Positions 20,262 through 30,643 of a DNA stretch of 64,000 bases are shown here, piece after piece (position 1 is the first letter of the stretch; every line of letters begins with the position of its first letter). The DNA lies in contig JBHLOY010000011.1 in assembly GCA_048939995.1 (NCBI GenBank), positions 75,151-139,150 on the forward strand, read 5' to 3'. Source of the DNA: Promethearchaeota archaeon (GTDB taxonomy: Archaea > Asgardarchaeota > Lokiarchaeia > Sigyniarchaeales > SOKP01). The notes under the pieces were generated by a model. It did no database searches. It was given only the letters and a program-made list of their open reading frames with translations, and was not told where the DNA came from. Made by a program: the position numbers and the translations under genes.

Positions 20262-22169
20262 TTATAGAATACGCTTCTTCCATTCTTCAATATTTGTAAT
20301 AATTTCTCTTACATTATCTGGAGTTAAAAGGGCTATTTGTTCTTTGTATTTATTTATCGTACTTCTTAGTTTATGAAGTGTAACCGAAAATCCCTTTTTT
20401 TCTAAAATCAAATCTGCGACTTTTTGCAACTCCATACTAAATTCTTTTCCATTGAATGTTCCCAATTTCTGTATTAAGGTATTAAATGCATTATTTATTA
20501 AATTGGAGGACTCATCTAATACTTTAGGAGCTATTTTTGACATAAATTCGGAATGTTGCTGAACTTGTTGAGGTAAATGTATATCTGCCATTCCTTTAAG
20601 GGGAACTTCCTGTGGTGGTGGTCTTTTAGGCCATTTTTCTTGAATTGGTTTTGCTTCTTGAATATCTAATGTTTTGGGAACATTTACACTTCCAGTTTCT
20701 TGTTTTATGGGTTTTGTACTAGAAATATATTTTGGAACATGTGGCATTTCAGTAGCTGCATTTATCCACATTGACTCTATGAAGGGGGTCAATAACTCGA
20801 TAAAGGGCTTATAGGTTGTGCTAATACCTACGAAATTATTAAGTACGTTTTTTGCTTCAATTACGCCAACACCCATGATGATAAAATTGGTTGACTTTCC
20901 AACAAATAGATTATCATTTTTTAGAGTTCGATATTCAAGATTTGTAATTTCATTTAACTTCCTAACACTACTATTAGTACTCGCCTCTGAGGATGCTAGT
21001 TTTATTTTTATATTTCTAGGCACATTTTTAAATTGTTCACTTAACAAATTATCTTCTAATCTTGGTATTATTAGAAGCACATCATTCTTAGAGTTTTGAA
21101 TTAAATTTTGTATTTCTTCATATACCTTTAAAATGCTATTCACTACCCACAAATTTTCGATTTTTATTTTTTCAGGTTGGAAGAAATCTTTAAAATTATA
21201 CATTACATTATTTATCGGATTATTAAGGGCTGCAACTGAATCAACAGAATTTTTAATAACACTATCTAAATTTCTTATAATATCATCTTGAAATTTTTCT
21301 AAACCTTTTGATAATGATTCATCTTTATTTCTTATTAAATCAAAAATGGAGGTCATTTTTAATTCGAAACCATTTATCGTGTTAATTAGGAGCATTTTAA
21401 AATCGTCTCTAAATTGAAGGCTAGATTCAATAATATTATTTAAAGATTCAATTTTCTTATTAATCTCCTCTTCAATTAATCCATGCAAACTTTCGGTAAA
21501 CTTGTCCATTGAATTATTTAACTTTTTATCGAAAGTATCTCCTACTATCATTTTGATATCTTTTTGATATTTTTTAAGTTCCAATAATTCAATTTCATTA
21601 AGCATGTTATTCTTGATTTTAGAGATTGCTTTATTTAATGATTGAAACTGGTTATTAATTACATTCATTATAGTTTGATGTAGATCATCCAGAACATCCT
21701 CAATCACGCGGACATTTTCTATTCCTTTGACAATATCTTCCACTTCCTGTTTTTGAATTAATGTCTCTTCTTGAAGATCATTTCTCATATCTTGAGTTGC
21801 ATTAAGAATTGAATTTACCTCGGCAATTTTATTCTCTTTAAATAACTTATTAAGTGAACTTACCAATAATTGGGTTAATTGATTTTTGATGCTTCCTAGG
21901 TTAGCATTAATATTAGCCAAATAATTTATAATTGGATTAAATGGGGGTAATGCTAAATATTGGGTGATATACCCTTCTTTTTGAGGAGTTACTAAGAGTA
22001 ATAAGCCAGCGATCTCTAATTCTTTAATTGCATTTAGAAACTCTTCTTGAGGGATTGTAGGTATTATTGAATACAATTCATTAGGAGATAAAGGATTTCT
22101 ACCTAAGGAATTAATGTAAATCTTTATGGCGTGTTCTGACAGTTGTATTTGTTTTAAAAAATCTTCCAT
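20262..22169 (-). CDS. TrmB-like wHTH + long coiled coil + PLD-like domain protein
   Basis: N-terminal LSEHAIKIY..L...YLALPP (TrmB-like), long helical middle, EIQNLIQNSKNDVLLIIP (PLD-like effector domain). Confidence 0.55.
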   Translation of the reverse strand: MEDFLKQIQLSEHAIKIYINSLGRNPLSPNELYSIIPTIPQEEFLNAIKELEIAGLLLLVTPQKEGYITQYLALPPFNPIINYLANINANLGSIKNQLTQLLVSSLNKLFKENKIAEVNSILNATQDMRNDLQEETLIQKQEVEDIVKGIENVRVIEDVLDDLHQTIMNVINNQFQSLNKAISKIKNNMLNEIELLELKKYQKDIKMIVGDTFDKKLNNSMDKFTESLHGLIEEEINKKIESLNNIIESSLQFRDDFKMLLINTINGFELKMTSIFDLIRNKDESLSKGLEKFQDDIIRNLDSVIKNSVDSVAALNNPINNVMYNFKDFFQPEKIKIENLWVVNSILKVYEEIQNLIQNSKNDVLLIIPRLEDNLLSEQFKNVPRNIKIKLASSEASTNSSVRKLNEITNLEYRTLKNDNLFVGKSTNFIIMGVGVIEAKNVLNNFVGISTTYKPFIELLTPFIESMWINAATEMPHVPKYISSTKPIKQETGSVNVPKTLDIQEAKPIQEKWPKRPPPQEVPLKGMADIHLPQQVQQHSEFMSKIAPKVLDESSNLINNAFNTLIQKLGTFNGKEFSMELQKVADLILEKKGFSVTLHKLRSTINKYKEQIALLTPDNVREIITNIEEWKKRIL

Positions 22170-22323
22170 ATTAATGCACTTATTATAATCTTATTTCTCA
22201 TTACCATTATCACGTATATTAATAAGTAATATCAAATTTTACTTTTTAAAATTTTGGAAGAAAAAAATATTTAAAAAATTAAATTCTTAAACTAAATTAA
22301 AAAGAATTTAAGTTTATAATTTT

Positions 22324-23532
22324 ATGAAAACTTTTTATGAAGAAGTCTTTTTTTACTTAGATCTAACAAAAGACATTATAAAAAAGAAAGAATTAATCAA
22401 AGCAATAAAATTTTTCATCTCTGAGAAAAATAAAAGCAATCTTAAAGGACACTATGGTTTATTAATTTTCCAAGAAGAGGGTAATCCAATTTTTATAATT
22501 GAAAAAAAAGATGCTAATATTATCGCAAATGCTATAGAAGAGAATTGGAAAACCCGTCCTAGGAAAAAATCATATTTCGAAAACGGACTTTTCTATATCT
22601 TTTCGTATATCGCTGAGACCGTGAGAAAAAAGTCAAAAGTAAATAGAATAATTATTATAACCGACACACCCAGCGACTTATCTGAAGACTATACTGAAGC
22701 ACTTTTTAACCTCATCTCCAAAATCAAAAATTTTCCTACATTTATCGATATTGTACGAATATCACAAAAAAGTGAACGATTTTTTAAAGACGATGTAAAA
22801 TTGAATATTTTAGCTAGCGATACTAATGGAAGTATTTTTTATATCCACGAAAAAAAGAGTTTTTTTAATGTTATTGGAGACTTAATTAAATCCAAACAAA
22901 TAAGGGCAGGTGAACAAGAAAAACTTAAAATTAAGAAAGAAGATTATAAATTCTATTCCCAGCTAGCTAAAAATTTGGTATTTCCGTCTGAAGATCTTAC
23001 AGAAACAAAATGTTATTTATGTCAAGAAGATATTTGCCCTCTCTGTACAGATATATATGATGTCCCTAAATCATGTGAAAGTTGCGGTAGTATTTTTCAT
23101 AATTGTTGTATTACAAATTATACAATTCAGAACAATATTGGCATTCCTCATATATTTAGATGCCCAAGGTGTGATATTTTATTGAAGATTGAACAAGATG
23201 AGATTGTGGAACTTATAGATGATAAAACAAAATCCGTCGAAGACTATATCGAGAGTGAATTTACTGAATTAAAACCTGAAGATTCAGCTTCTCATATTAC
23301 CCCAAAAAGAGTTAAGGTTGGTAGTTTTTTTGGGAAGTTTTATTCTATAAAAAAAGAAGAAGATAAGTTAATATATCAAAAAATACGTCAAGAACCTCAA
23401 ACGGATATGATAACTAACAATTTTAAAAAAGATAAAAGTGGAAGTTTTATTAATTGCCCTGAATGTGGTACCCACGTAGAAAGAAATAAAGGAAATGGTA
23501 AGCGGTGTCCCTATTGTGGGCATAAATTTTAA
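22324..23532 (+). CDS. vWA-like domain + RING-like Zn finger + C-terminal Zn ribbon protein
   Basis: FYLD...YGLLIF...RIIIITD...IDIVRI...LASDTNGSIF (vWA pattern); CxxC-CxxC-CxxC-FHxCC-CxxC; terminal CPECG/CPYCG. Confidence 0.65.
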   Translation: MKTFYEEVFFYLDLTKDIIKKKELIKAIKFFISEKNKSNLKGHYGLLIFQEEGNPIFIIEKKDANIIANAIEENWKTRPRKKSYFENGLFYIFSYIAETVRKKSKVNRIIIITDTPSDLSEDYTEALFNLISKIKNFPTFIDIVRISQKSERFFKDDVKLNILASDTNGSIFYIHEKKSFFNVIGDLIKSKQIRAGEQEKLKIKKEDYKFYSQLAKNLVFPSEDLTETKCYLCQEDICPLCTDIYDVPKSCESCGSIFHNCCITNYTIQNNIGIPHIFRCPRCDILLKIEQDEIVELIDDKTKSVEDYIESEFTELKPEDSASHITPKRVKVGSFFGKFYSIKKEEDKLIYQKIRQEPQTDMITNNFKKDKSGSFINCPECGTHVERNKGNGKRCPYCGHKF

Positions 23533-23684
23533 AGTAAAATTATTTTATTTTGGGAAGAGATATTCTATTTTTTAAGAACATATGAAATAAGATAAGATCA
23601 ATAAAAATAAATAAAAATTCTATTATAGTTTATATAATTTCTGAATAATGTTTTTGGATAATTTTTTGTTTAACTGGTGTTGAG

Positions 23685-24998
23685 ATGCTTAAGAAAGCTG
23701 CTATTAATTCGGAGGAATTCATATTTTACATCGATTTATTGTCAGATTTCTTAAAAAAGAAAGCTTTGACAAAAGCTATTAGTGCATTTATTAAAGATAA
23801 GGAAAAATTTAATAGTTTAAGTTCATATGGAGCTATTTTATTTCAAGAAAAAGGGGCTCCTGTAACCATATACAATCAAAAAGAAGTAGAATCATTAGTT
23901 AAAACAATTGAAGAATATTGGGATACACGTGAAACTAAAATGAGTTATTTGGAAAATGGCTTATTCGAGATATTATCATATATATTTAGGAAAATCAAAA
24001 CGGCGAGGAAGAATTATCGAGTAATTATAGTATCTGATACACCAAGTTCACTTTCAGAGGAATATCATAATGCACTCTATGATTTGTTATTGAAAGCTAG
24101 AAAATTTGATACATTTATTGATATCATTAGGTTGGGCGACCAGAAATTTTATGATGATGATGTGAAGTTAAAGGTGATTGTTTCAGAGACTCATGGTGGT
24201 GTATTCTATTGTAATGATACAAAATTATTTCAAAATATCCTAGGTTCTTTAATTCAGAGCAAAACAGAATTCAATGTAATCCATTCAAACGAATCAGAAC
24301 AAATTCTGAAAGAAGATAAATTATTCTATGAGAAACTAGCTGTAGATTTAATATCTTTAGGTTCTGATGAATTAGAAAAATGTGATATATGTGAACGAGA
24401 ATTATGTCCAATTTGTGAAGCTCATTCTGATGAAATACATAAATGTTATAATTGTAATGCAAAATACCATGCTTGTTGTGGAGCAGAATATTCAATAGCT
24501 AATAATATTGGATTCAAACATCTTTTTAGATGTGTAAAATGTGATACTCTGCTAAAATTGGATGAAGATTTTGTAAATTTAGTTTATCAAGAAAATCAGG
24601 TAGAGGATATAGAACAAATTGCAGAAGTCTATTTAGATACAAAAGAACCATTTATTGAAGAAGTTCAATCTGAAGATGAATTAAATAATGAAATGGGAAT
24701 AGAAGAAATTATTCCCGAAACTGAGCCCAATTATAAAAAGGTCCGAGTAGGTGGATTTTTCGGTCCAGAAATTACAATAGAAACAAGGAACAATGATAGG
24801 GCAAAAGTGTTAGAGCCTATGACTAATTCTGTGATAAATGATTCCGAAGATTTTGAAACGTCTGCATTAGTACAAGAAAAAATATCTATTACCTCGTTAA
24901 GACCTCCAAAAAGAAAAACAATTAATCTCTGTCGAATATGTGGAACTACACTTCGAAATACTTCTATTTGTCCGAATTGTGGTGCGATAGTTGATTGA
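23685..24998 (+). CDS. vWA-like + RING-like Zn finger protein (tandem paralog of 22324..23532)
   Basis: Shares ENGL...IIxDTPS.LSE...DDVKL and the NNIG..H.FRC..CD motifs with the upstream gene. Confidence 0.65.
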   Translation: MLKKAAINSEEFIFYIDLLSDFLKKKALTKAISAFIKDKEKFNSLSSYGAILFQEKGAPVTIYNQKEVESLVKTIEEYWDTRETKMSYLENGLFEILSYIFRKIKTARKNYRVIIVSDTPSSLSEEYHNALYDLLLKARKFDTFIDIIRLGDQKFYDDDVKLKVIVSETHGGVFYCNDTKLFQNILGSLIQSKTEFNVIHSNESEQILKEDKLFYEKLAVDLISLGSDELEKCDICERELCPICEAHSDEIHKCYNCNAKYHACCGAEYSIANNIGFKHLFRCVKCDTLLKLDEDFVNLVYQENQVEDIEQIAEVYLDTKEPFIEEVQSEDELNNEMGIEEIIPETEPNYKKVRVGGFFGPEITIETRNNDRAKVLEPMTNSVINDSEDFETSALVQEKISITSLRPPKRKTINLCRICGTTLRNTSICPNCGAIVD

Positions 24999-25068
24999 TC
25001 CTTTTTAAGATTAAAGGGACGATTCTAGCGTATTTTTTATTTAGTATTAAGATATTATAAATTTAGAT

Positions 25069-25587
25069 ATGGATGATATTAATAAAGAATTTAATTTTGA
25101 TCTTCATAAATTCTTAATTGAAAATAGCCAAGATGAGAATATAAGACTTAAATCTATCAATTGCATTAAGAATTTAGATTTGAGAAATCAAAAAACATTT
25201 CAATTTTTGGAGAATATACTAATTTCTGATTCAAATGAGGATATAAGAAGATTAGCATTTAAATCATTAATTCTCATAAATTCTGATAAAGTGATTAAAT
25301 CAGTTGTTTATGCGATTCTTAATGAATCTGGAACCTTTTTAGTAGATTTAATTGATTTCTTATATCGTATCAATCCGCTTATATGCAAACAAATATTAAG
25401 ACAGAAAATTCTACAAATAGAAAATAAAACTCCCCACACTTTACTCAAAAATAACAATTTGGATAAATTAACCATTCATCAATTAAGAGAACTCTTACTT
25501 AATCATCAACTGAATAAATCCTTAGAAAATTTATATTTTCATCGACATTCAGTCCCTCTAGCGCTTGATCTTTATGGAATAGAATAA
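25069..25587 (+). CDS. HEAT-repeat protein
   Basis: DENIRLKSI and DSNEDIRRLAF repeats. Confidence 0.55.
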   Translation: MDDINKEFNFDLHKFLIENSQDENIRLKSINCIKNLDLRNQKTFQFLENILISDSNEDIRRLAFKSLILINSDKVIKSVVYAILNESGTFLVDLIDFLYRINPLICKQILRQKILQIENKTPHTLLKNNNLDKLTIHQLRELLLNHQLNKSLENLYFHRHSVPLALDLYGIE

Positions 25588-25593
25588 ACTAAA

Positions 25594-26523
25594 GTGATAA
25601 TGATTTTAATGGAAACTAAAAAACATTATTTCAACCCAACCATTTCGAAAATAAGTATGCTTTTATCAGGTATTTTCATGGGAAATGTGGGTTTATTTAT
25701 AACTTTTTTATCAAGTTTTTCTATCTTTACAATAGTGTTACTTAGAGGCTTATTTGGGACAATATATTTAACAATTTTTATGTTAATTTCAAAATCCTTA
25801 TCTAGAAAATTCTTAAAAGAAAGTTTTAAGACACATTGGAAATATTTGATCCTCTTAAGCGTTACAAATCCCTTGGTTATACTTTTATACTTTTTCAATA
25901 TTTCAGTTACTGGATATGCTATCGCAGCCTTCTTATTGTATACGAGCGGAATTTTTCTCCTCCTCTTACTTATAATCACAAAAGAAGAGAAAATTTCAAA
26001 AATAAATATCATCAGTTTTATTTTAGCGACTATAGGGGTGGCTATTATAATGGAATTTTGGAATGCTAGTTTCTTCTCAATAGGAATTATTCTTGGGATT
26101 TTATCAGGAATAAACCTCGCAATTTTAGTATATTCAAAGAAAAAAATTTATAATTATAGAATGAAAAATCAACAAGAAATTAAGTTGAAGGGTAATTTTG
26201 ATATATTTTTATCATGGTTTAGTACTTTATTATTGCTTTTAATCTTTCTGCCATTTGGAATAGCGGATCTTATTAAATTAACATTTATAGATATTTTTAT
26301 TAGCATGTTGTTAGGATTAATTCCTACCGCTTTAGCATTCACATTATATAATGTGGGTGTAAAAAATGATAAAGGGGGGAATATTGTTATACTATCTTAT
26401 TTTGAACCAGTAATGGCAACAATTAATACTGCTATTTTTCTTAGAAGTTTATCATTCTTTACAATAATAGGAGGAACGCTAATCTTAATAGCAAATATCC
26501 TAATTTTAAGATTCTCGAAATAA
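25594..26523 (+). CDS. EamA/DMT family transporter
   Basis: Multi-TM; IAAFLLYTS, GLIPTALAFTLY, SYFEPV. Confidence 0.85.
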   Translation: MIMILMETKKHYFNPTISKISMLLSGIFMGNVGLFITFLSSFSIFTIVLLRGLFGTIYLTIFMLISKSLSRKFLKESFKTHWKYLILLSVTNPLVILLYFFNISVTGYAIAAFLLYTSGIFLLLLLIITKEEKISKINIISFILATIGVAIIMEFWNASFFSIGIILGILSGINLAILVYSKKKIYNYRMKNQQEIKLKGNFDIFLSWFSTLLLLLIFLPFGIADLIKLTFIDIFISMLLGLIPTALAFTLYNVGVKNDKGGNIVILSYFEPVMATINTAIFLRSLSFFTIIGGTLILIANILILRFSK

Positions 26524-26609
26524 TTATGCCTTTGGAATGAATTAAAAGAGATATCTTTAAAAATTTGATTTTTTTTTATTATGTAATAAATTTAGAAGAG
26601 ATTTTAGAA

Positions 26610-27083
26610 ATGCATATTGTTAAGCTACCAAAAATGAATGAAAGCGAAATAAATAAAGCACTCTCCGAAGGAAATATTTGTAGAATTGCGTTTATTGATG
26701 GTGACTTTCCTTACATTTCCCCATTCCAATATGTATACTTAAATAATACTCTATATTTTCACTTTACTGATTATGGAAAGAAAAAAGAGATACTCTCTCG
26801 TAATAGAAATGTATGTGTTTCAATAGAAAAATTTGAGGAAGATCTCAGCAGCTATTATTTTATTTCAATTCAAGGGAAATTGACTGAAGTAAAAGATATA
26901 AATGAACGAAAACAAGTAATTAAACAGATGATGACTAAAGCTAAGAATAAATATTCTCCTAATTTTCTTTCAGTACACGGATTTGAAAAAGTAAAGGGTT
27001 GGGACGTATTTTCTGACGAAAAACCATTGAAAATATATAAATTAGATAACATAAGCTATAAAATTGGACTCAAATCTATTTAA
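26610..27083 (+). CDS. Pyridoxamine 5'-phosphate oxidase / NimA-like flavin-binding protein (start moved to ATG 26610)
   Basis: ICRIAF...PYISP..Y...LYFH...GKK..IL..N.NVCVSI. Confidence 0.8.
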   Translation: MHIVKLPKMNESEINKALSEGNICRIAFIDGDFPYISPFQYVYLNNTLYFHFTDYGKKKEILSRNRNVCVSIEKFEEDLSSYYFISIQGKLTEVKDINERKQVIKQMMTKAKNKYSPNFLSVHGFEKVKGWDVFSDEKPLKIYKLDNISYKIGLKSI

Positions 27084-27153
27084 TTAAAGGTGATTTGAAA
27101 TATCAAAAGAAAATGATGAAATATCCAGAATTAAAGAACTTGAAAGTACTAAT

Positions 27154-27819
27154 TTGGCAAATGATAACATTAGAGATTGGGTTGTACAAACTAAAAAACA
27201 AATAGAACTAGATAATGATCTTTTAGCTCAGAAAATCCATCAAAACTTGAAGGATCATCACATTAGATCTTTTGACATTGTGGGCGCCATAGGTGCAGGA
27301 AAAACAGCCATCTTGGAAAAAATCGTTGATAAGATAGCATCCCAATTTAGAGTCTTGGTAATATGTGGGGATATTACTACTCGAGTGGATGCAAATCGAA
27401 TTGAAAAATTTAATACGGAAACAATACAGATTAACACTGGAAGAGAATGCGCTTTAAATGCATATCATATTAATCAGATTATAAGGAATAAAGATTTGAA
27501 AAAGTATGATATAATATTCATTGAAAATGTAGGAAATTTAATATGCCCTTCAGAATTTCTTCTAGGGACGGACAAGCGAATCGTTATCGTATCTATTACA
27601 GAAGGGGAATGGGTTATAGAAAAACACCCAATGCTTTTTAAGATGTCAGATATTGCAGTTATTAATAAAATTGATTTAAAAGAACGATTGGGAACTAATA
27701 TTAGTAAAATGATTAATGATGCTAAGAAGATAAATTCAGATATTGACGTAATTACTACCAGTGCTAAAACTGGAGAAAATATTGATAAACTCCTTGAATT
27801 AATGGGATTTTATATCTAA
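27154..27819 (+). CDS. hypB: Hydrogenase nickel-incorporation GTPase HypB
   Basis: GAIGAGKT, GD, INTGREC, IENVGNLICP, SITEG, KHP, INKID, SAKTGE. Confidence 0.88.
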   Translation: MANDNIRDWVVQTKKQIELDNDLLAQKIHQNLKDHHIRSFDIVGAIGAGKTAILEKIVDKIASQFRVLVICGDITTRVDANRIEKFNTETIQINTGRECALNAYHINQIIRNKDLKKYDIIFIENVGNLICPSEFLLGTDKRIVIVSITEGEWVIEKHPMLFKMSDIAVINKIDLKERLGTNISKMINDAKKINSDIDVITTSAKTGENIDKLLELMGFYI

Positions 27820-27835
27820 AAAGGAGTGATTAGTT

Positions 27836-28255
27836 ATGAGTGAACATTTAAAAGAAATAATTAAGGCTTGCGAAGATTTAGGTGATATTAAAAAATATAA
27901 CATCAAAAAGCTACTAAACGCTTTTTTTTCAAAAATGGAAACTAAAATCACCAATTATATTGGAGATTATCCCACATTCATAGAACCCGTGTTTTTAGAG
28001 GAAAATGTTAAAATTGGGGATGATGTTCTTATCGGACCGAATGTTTATATAGGTTCAAATACAGAGATTGGAGATTATGTTGAAATTTCGAATTCAATTG
28101 TGTTTGAAAATGTTAAAATCGGTGAAAATTTTAAATTGGAAAATTGTATCATTTTAAAAGATAGCAGTTTAGACTTTCGCAATTTTAGCTTAAAAAACTG
28201 CATTCTTAAAGGTACTAGTAGTTCTGAATCTGAACTTGAAAAATATGACCTCTAA
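27836..28255 (+). CDS. Left-handed beta-helix (hexapeptide repeat) protein, like NDP-sugar pyrophosphorylase C-terminus
   Basis: ENVKIGDDVLIGPNVYIGSNTEIGDYVEISNSIV repeats; no nucleotidyltransferase domain. Confidence 0.7.
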   Translation: MSEHLKEIIKACEDLGDIKKYNIKKLLNAFFSKMETKITNYIGDYPTFIEPVFLEENVKIGDDVLIGPNVYIGSNTEIGDYVEISNSIVFENVKIGENFKLENCIILKDSSLDFRNFSLKNCILKGTSSSESELEKYDL

Positions 28256-28295
28256 TTATTTATAGTGAAAATTACTTCAACTTTTTATATAATTA

Positions 28296-29114
28296 GTGAT
28301 TTCCATGAAGGATATAGAAAAGTATTTTGAATATAATTTAAAAAGATGGAATGAATTGGCAGAAATTAATCCTAAATCAAAATTTTATGATTTAGATGGA
28401 TTTAAGAAAGGTAAAACATCTCTATTACCAATAGAACTTAAAGAAATGGGACAAGTTAAAGGAAAAACTCTACTACATCTGCAATGCCATTTTGGTATGG
28501 ATACTCTATCATGGGCACGAAATGGAGCAATAGTAACCGGTGTAGATTTTTCAGATAAAGCAATTAGAGTTGCAAAACAACTAAGTGAAGAATTAGAAAT
28601 TCCAGCACAATTTATTCATGCAAATGTTTATGATATTCCTAAATTAATTAAGCAAAGGTTTGATATTGTTTTTACCTCTTATGGCGCTATCTGTTGGTTG
28701 CCTGACTTACCCAAATGGGCCGAAATCATTGAAAATTGCTTAAAACATAATGGCATGTTTTATATTATTGATAATCATCCATTTGGAATCATACTAGATG
28801 AGAAAAAACAACCCTTTCAGGTTGGTTATAATTACTTCACAGAGGGAAAACCTGTCTTCTGGGATGATTGTGGAACCTATGCCGGAGAAAAAATAGAACT
28901 TAAGAATACAACAAGTTATGAATGGTTCCATAAAATGAGCGATATCATAAATTCGCTAACTAACGTTGGGTTACGCATCGATTTTTTGCATGAGTTTCCC
29001 TTTGGTTTTTTCAAATTGCATCCAGATATGAAAAAAAGAGAAGATGGTTACTGGGAATTTCAAACTTTAAAATTTTCAGTCCCTATGATTTTTTCTTTAA
29101 AAGCACGTAAATAA
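28296..29114 (+). CDS. Class I SAM-dependent methyltransferase
   Basis: LLHLQCHFGMDTLS, VTGVDFS, FDIVFTSYG...WLPDL. Confidence 0.88.
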   Translation: MISMKDIEKYFEYNLKRWNELAEINPKSKFYDLDGFKKGKTSLLPIELKEMGQVKGKTLLHLQCHFGMDTLSWARNGAIVTGVDFSDKAIRVAKQLSEELEIPAQFIHANVYDIPKLIKQRFDIVFTSYGAICWLPDLPKWAEIIENCLKHNGMFYIIDNHPFGIILDEKKQPFQVGYNYFTEGKPVFWDDCGTYAGEKIELKNTTSYEWFHKMSDIINSLTNVGLRIDFLHEFPFGFFKLHPDMKKREDGYWEFQTLKFSVPMIFSLKARK

Positions 29115-29246
29115 TTCTTTAAAGAATTAAATTCAGTTAGGTTCTATAGAAATGAGCAAGATTTTATCCTAATGGGATTCATATGGGATAATATAAAGGA
29201 AATGTTTTTGTTTTGTAGGATATTTTAACATCTAATAAACATATCT

Positions 29247-30632
29247 ATGATGAATAATATGAAAGGTCCTGTTGAGCCATTTAAAATTAAGATGATTGAG
29301 CATGTTGGAATGCCTGATGAATGTAGGAGAAGAGAAGCAATTAAAGAAGCGGGTTATAATACATTTTTATTAAAGTCTGAGGATGTTTTTATCGACCTAT
29401 TAACTGATTCAGGAACTTCTGCTATGTCAGATGTACAATGGTCTGGAATGATGCTTGGAGATGAAGCTTATGCTGGAGCCCGAAATTTCTATAATCTTGA
29501 AAAAGCTGTCCAAGACGTACTTGGTTATAGGTATTTAGTCCCTACTCATCAAGGTCGAGGTGCTGAACATTTGATGTATAGCTATCTTGTAAAGCCAGGA
29601 GATATCGTTCCTAGAAATATGTATTTTACTACATCTAAAGTCCATGTTGAATTACCAGGAGGAAAGATGGTGGATGTTATTATTGATGAAGCCCATGATC
29701 CCGAAAATTTACATCTATTCAAAGGGAATGTCGATCTAAAGAAACTACAGGCTTTAATAGATGAATATGGAGTAGACAAAATACCATTTGTTAATATTGA
29801 GATGGATGTGAATATGGCAGGTGGACAACCTGTTTCTATGGAAAATTTAAGACAAGTAAGAGAATTTTGTAATGATTATAAATTAAGAATAATTTATGAT
29901 GCAACTCGCTCTAGTGAAAATGCTTACTTTATTCGAGAGCGTGAAAAAGGATATGAAGACACACCAATCATAGATATTCTTAGGGAAATGATGAGCTATT
30001 CTGATGGATGTATCTATAGTTCTAAAAAAGATTGCTTAGTAAATATTGGTGGATTCCTAGCCACCCATGATGAGGATATATTTGAAGCGACACGTAGCAT
30101 GGTAGTTGTGTATGAAGGACTTCACACTTATGGAGGAATGGCTGGTCGTGATATGGAAGCATTAGCTCGTGGTTTAAGAGAAGGAGCTCAATATGAGTAC
30201 TTAAAGTATAGAATCAACCAAGTTCGTTATTTGGGGGAGCTGTTAGTGGATGAAGGGGTGCCAATTGTAAAACCTGTAGGAGGTCATGCCGTATTTTTAA
30301 ATGCGGTAAAATTTTTACCTCATCTGGAGAGAGAGCAATGGCCAGCTCAAACTTTAGCAGCAGAAATCTATGAAGACTCTGCGGTAAGGAGCATGGAGAG
30401 AGGCGCTGTATCTAAAGGGCGTGATAGAGATACAGGAGAAAATATCTTTCCACCATTAGAGTTAGTACGTTTAACTATTCCTAGGAGGGTTTATACTAAT
30501 TCCCATATGGAATATGTTGCTGAATCAATTATCCGCCTTTTCCAAGAAAAGGATGATATTAAAGGTTTAAAGATGGTTTATGAGCCGAAATATCTGAGAT
30601 TTTTTCAAGCTCAATTTGAAAAATTAACATAA
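29247..30632 (+). CDS. tpl: Tyrosine phenol-lyase (beta-eliminating lyase)
   Basis: IDLLTDSGT, HQGRGAE, YFTT, SSKKD (PLP lysine), SMERG and LRFF; the ERG and YFTT residues favour TPL over tryptophanase. Confidence 0.8.
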   Translation: MMNNMKGPVEPFKIKMIEHVGMPDECRRREAIKEAGYNTFLLKSEDVFIDLLTDSGTSAMSDVQWSGMMLGDEAYAGARNFYNLEKAVQDVLGYRYLVPTHQGRGAEHLMYSYLVKPGDIVPRNMYFTTSKVHVELPGGKMVDVIIDEAHDPENLHLFKGNVDLKKLQALIDEYGVDKIPFVNIEMDVNMAGGQPVSMENLRQVREFCNDYKLRIIYDATRSSENAYFIREREKGYEDTPIIDILREMMSYSDGCIYSSKKDCLVNIGGFLATHDEDIFEATRSMVVVYEGLHTYGGMAGRDMEALARGLREGAQYEYLKYRINQVRYLGELLVDEGVPIVKPVGGHAVFLNAVKFLPHLEREQWPAQTLAAEIYEDSAVRSMERGAVSKGRDRDTGENIFPPLELVRLTIPRRVYTNSHMEYVAESIIRLFQEKDDIKGLKMVYEPKYLRFFQAQFEKLT

Positions 30633-30643
30633 AAATAAAAAAA

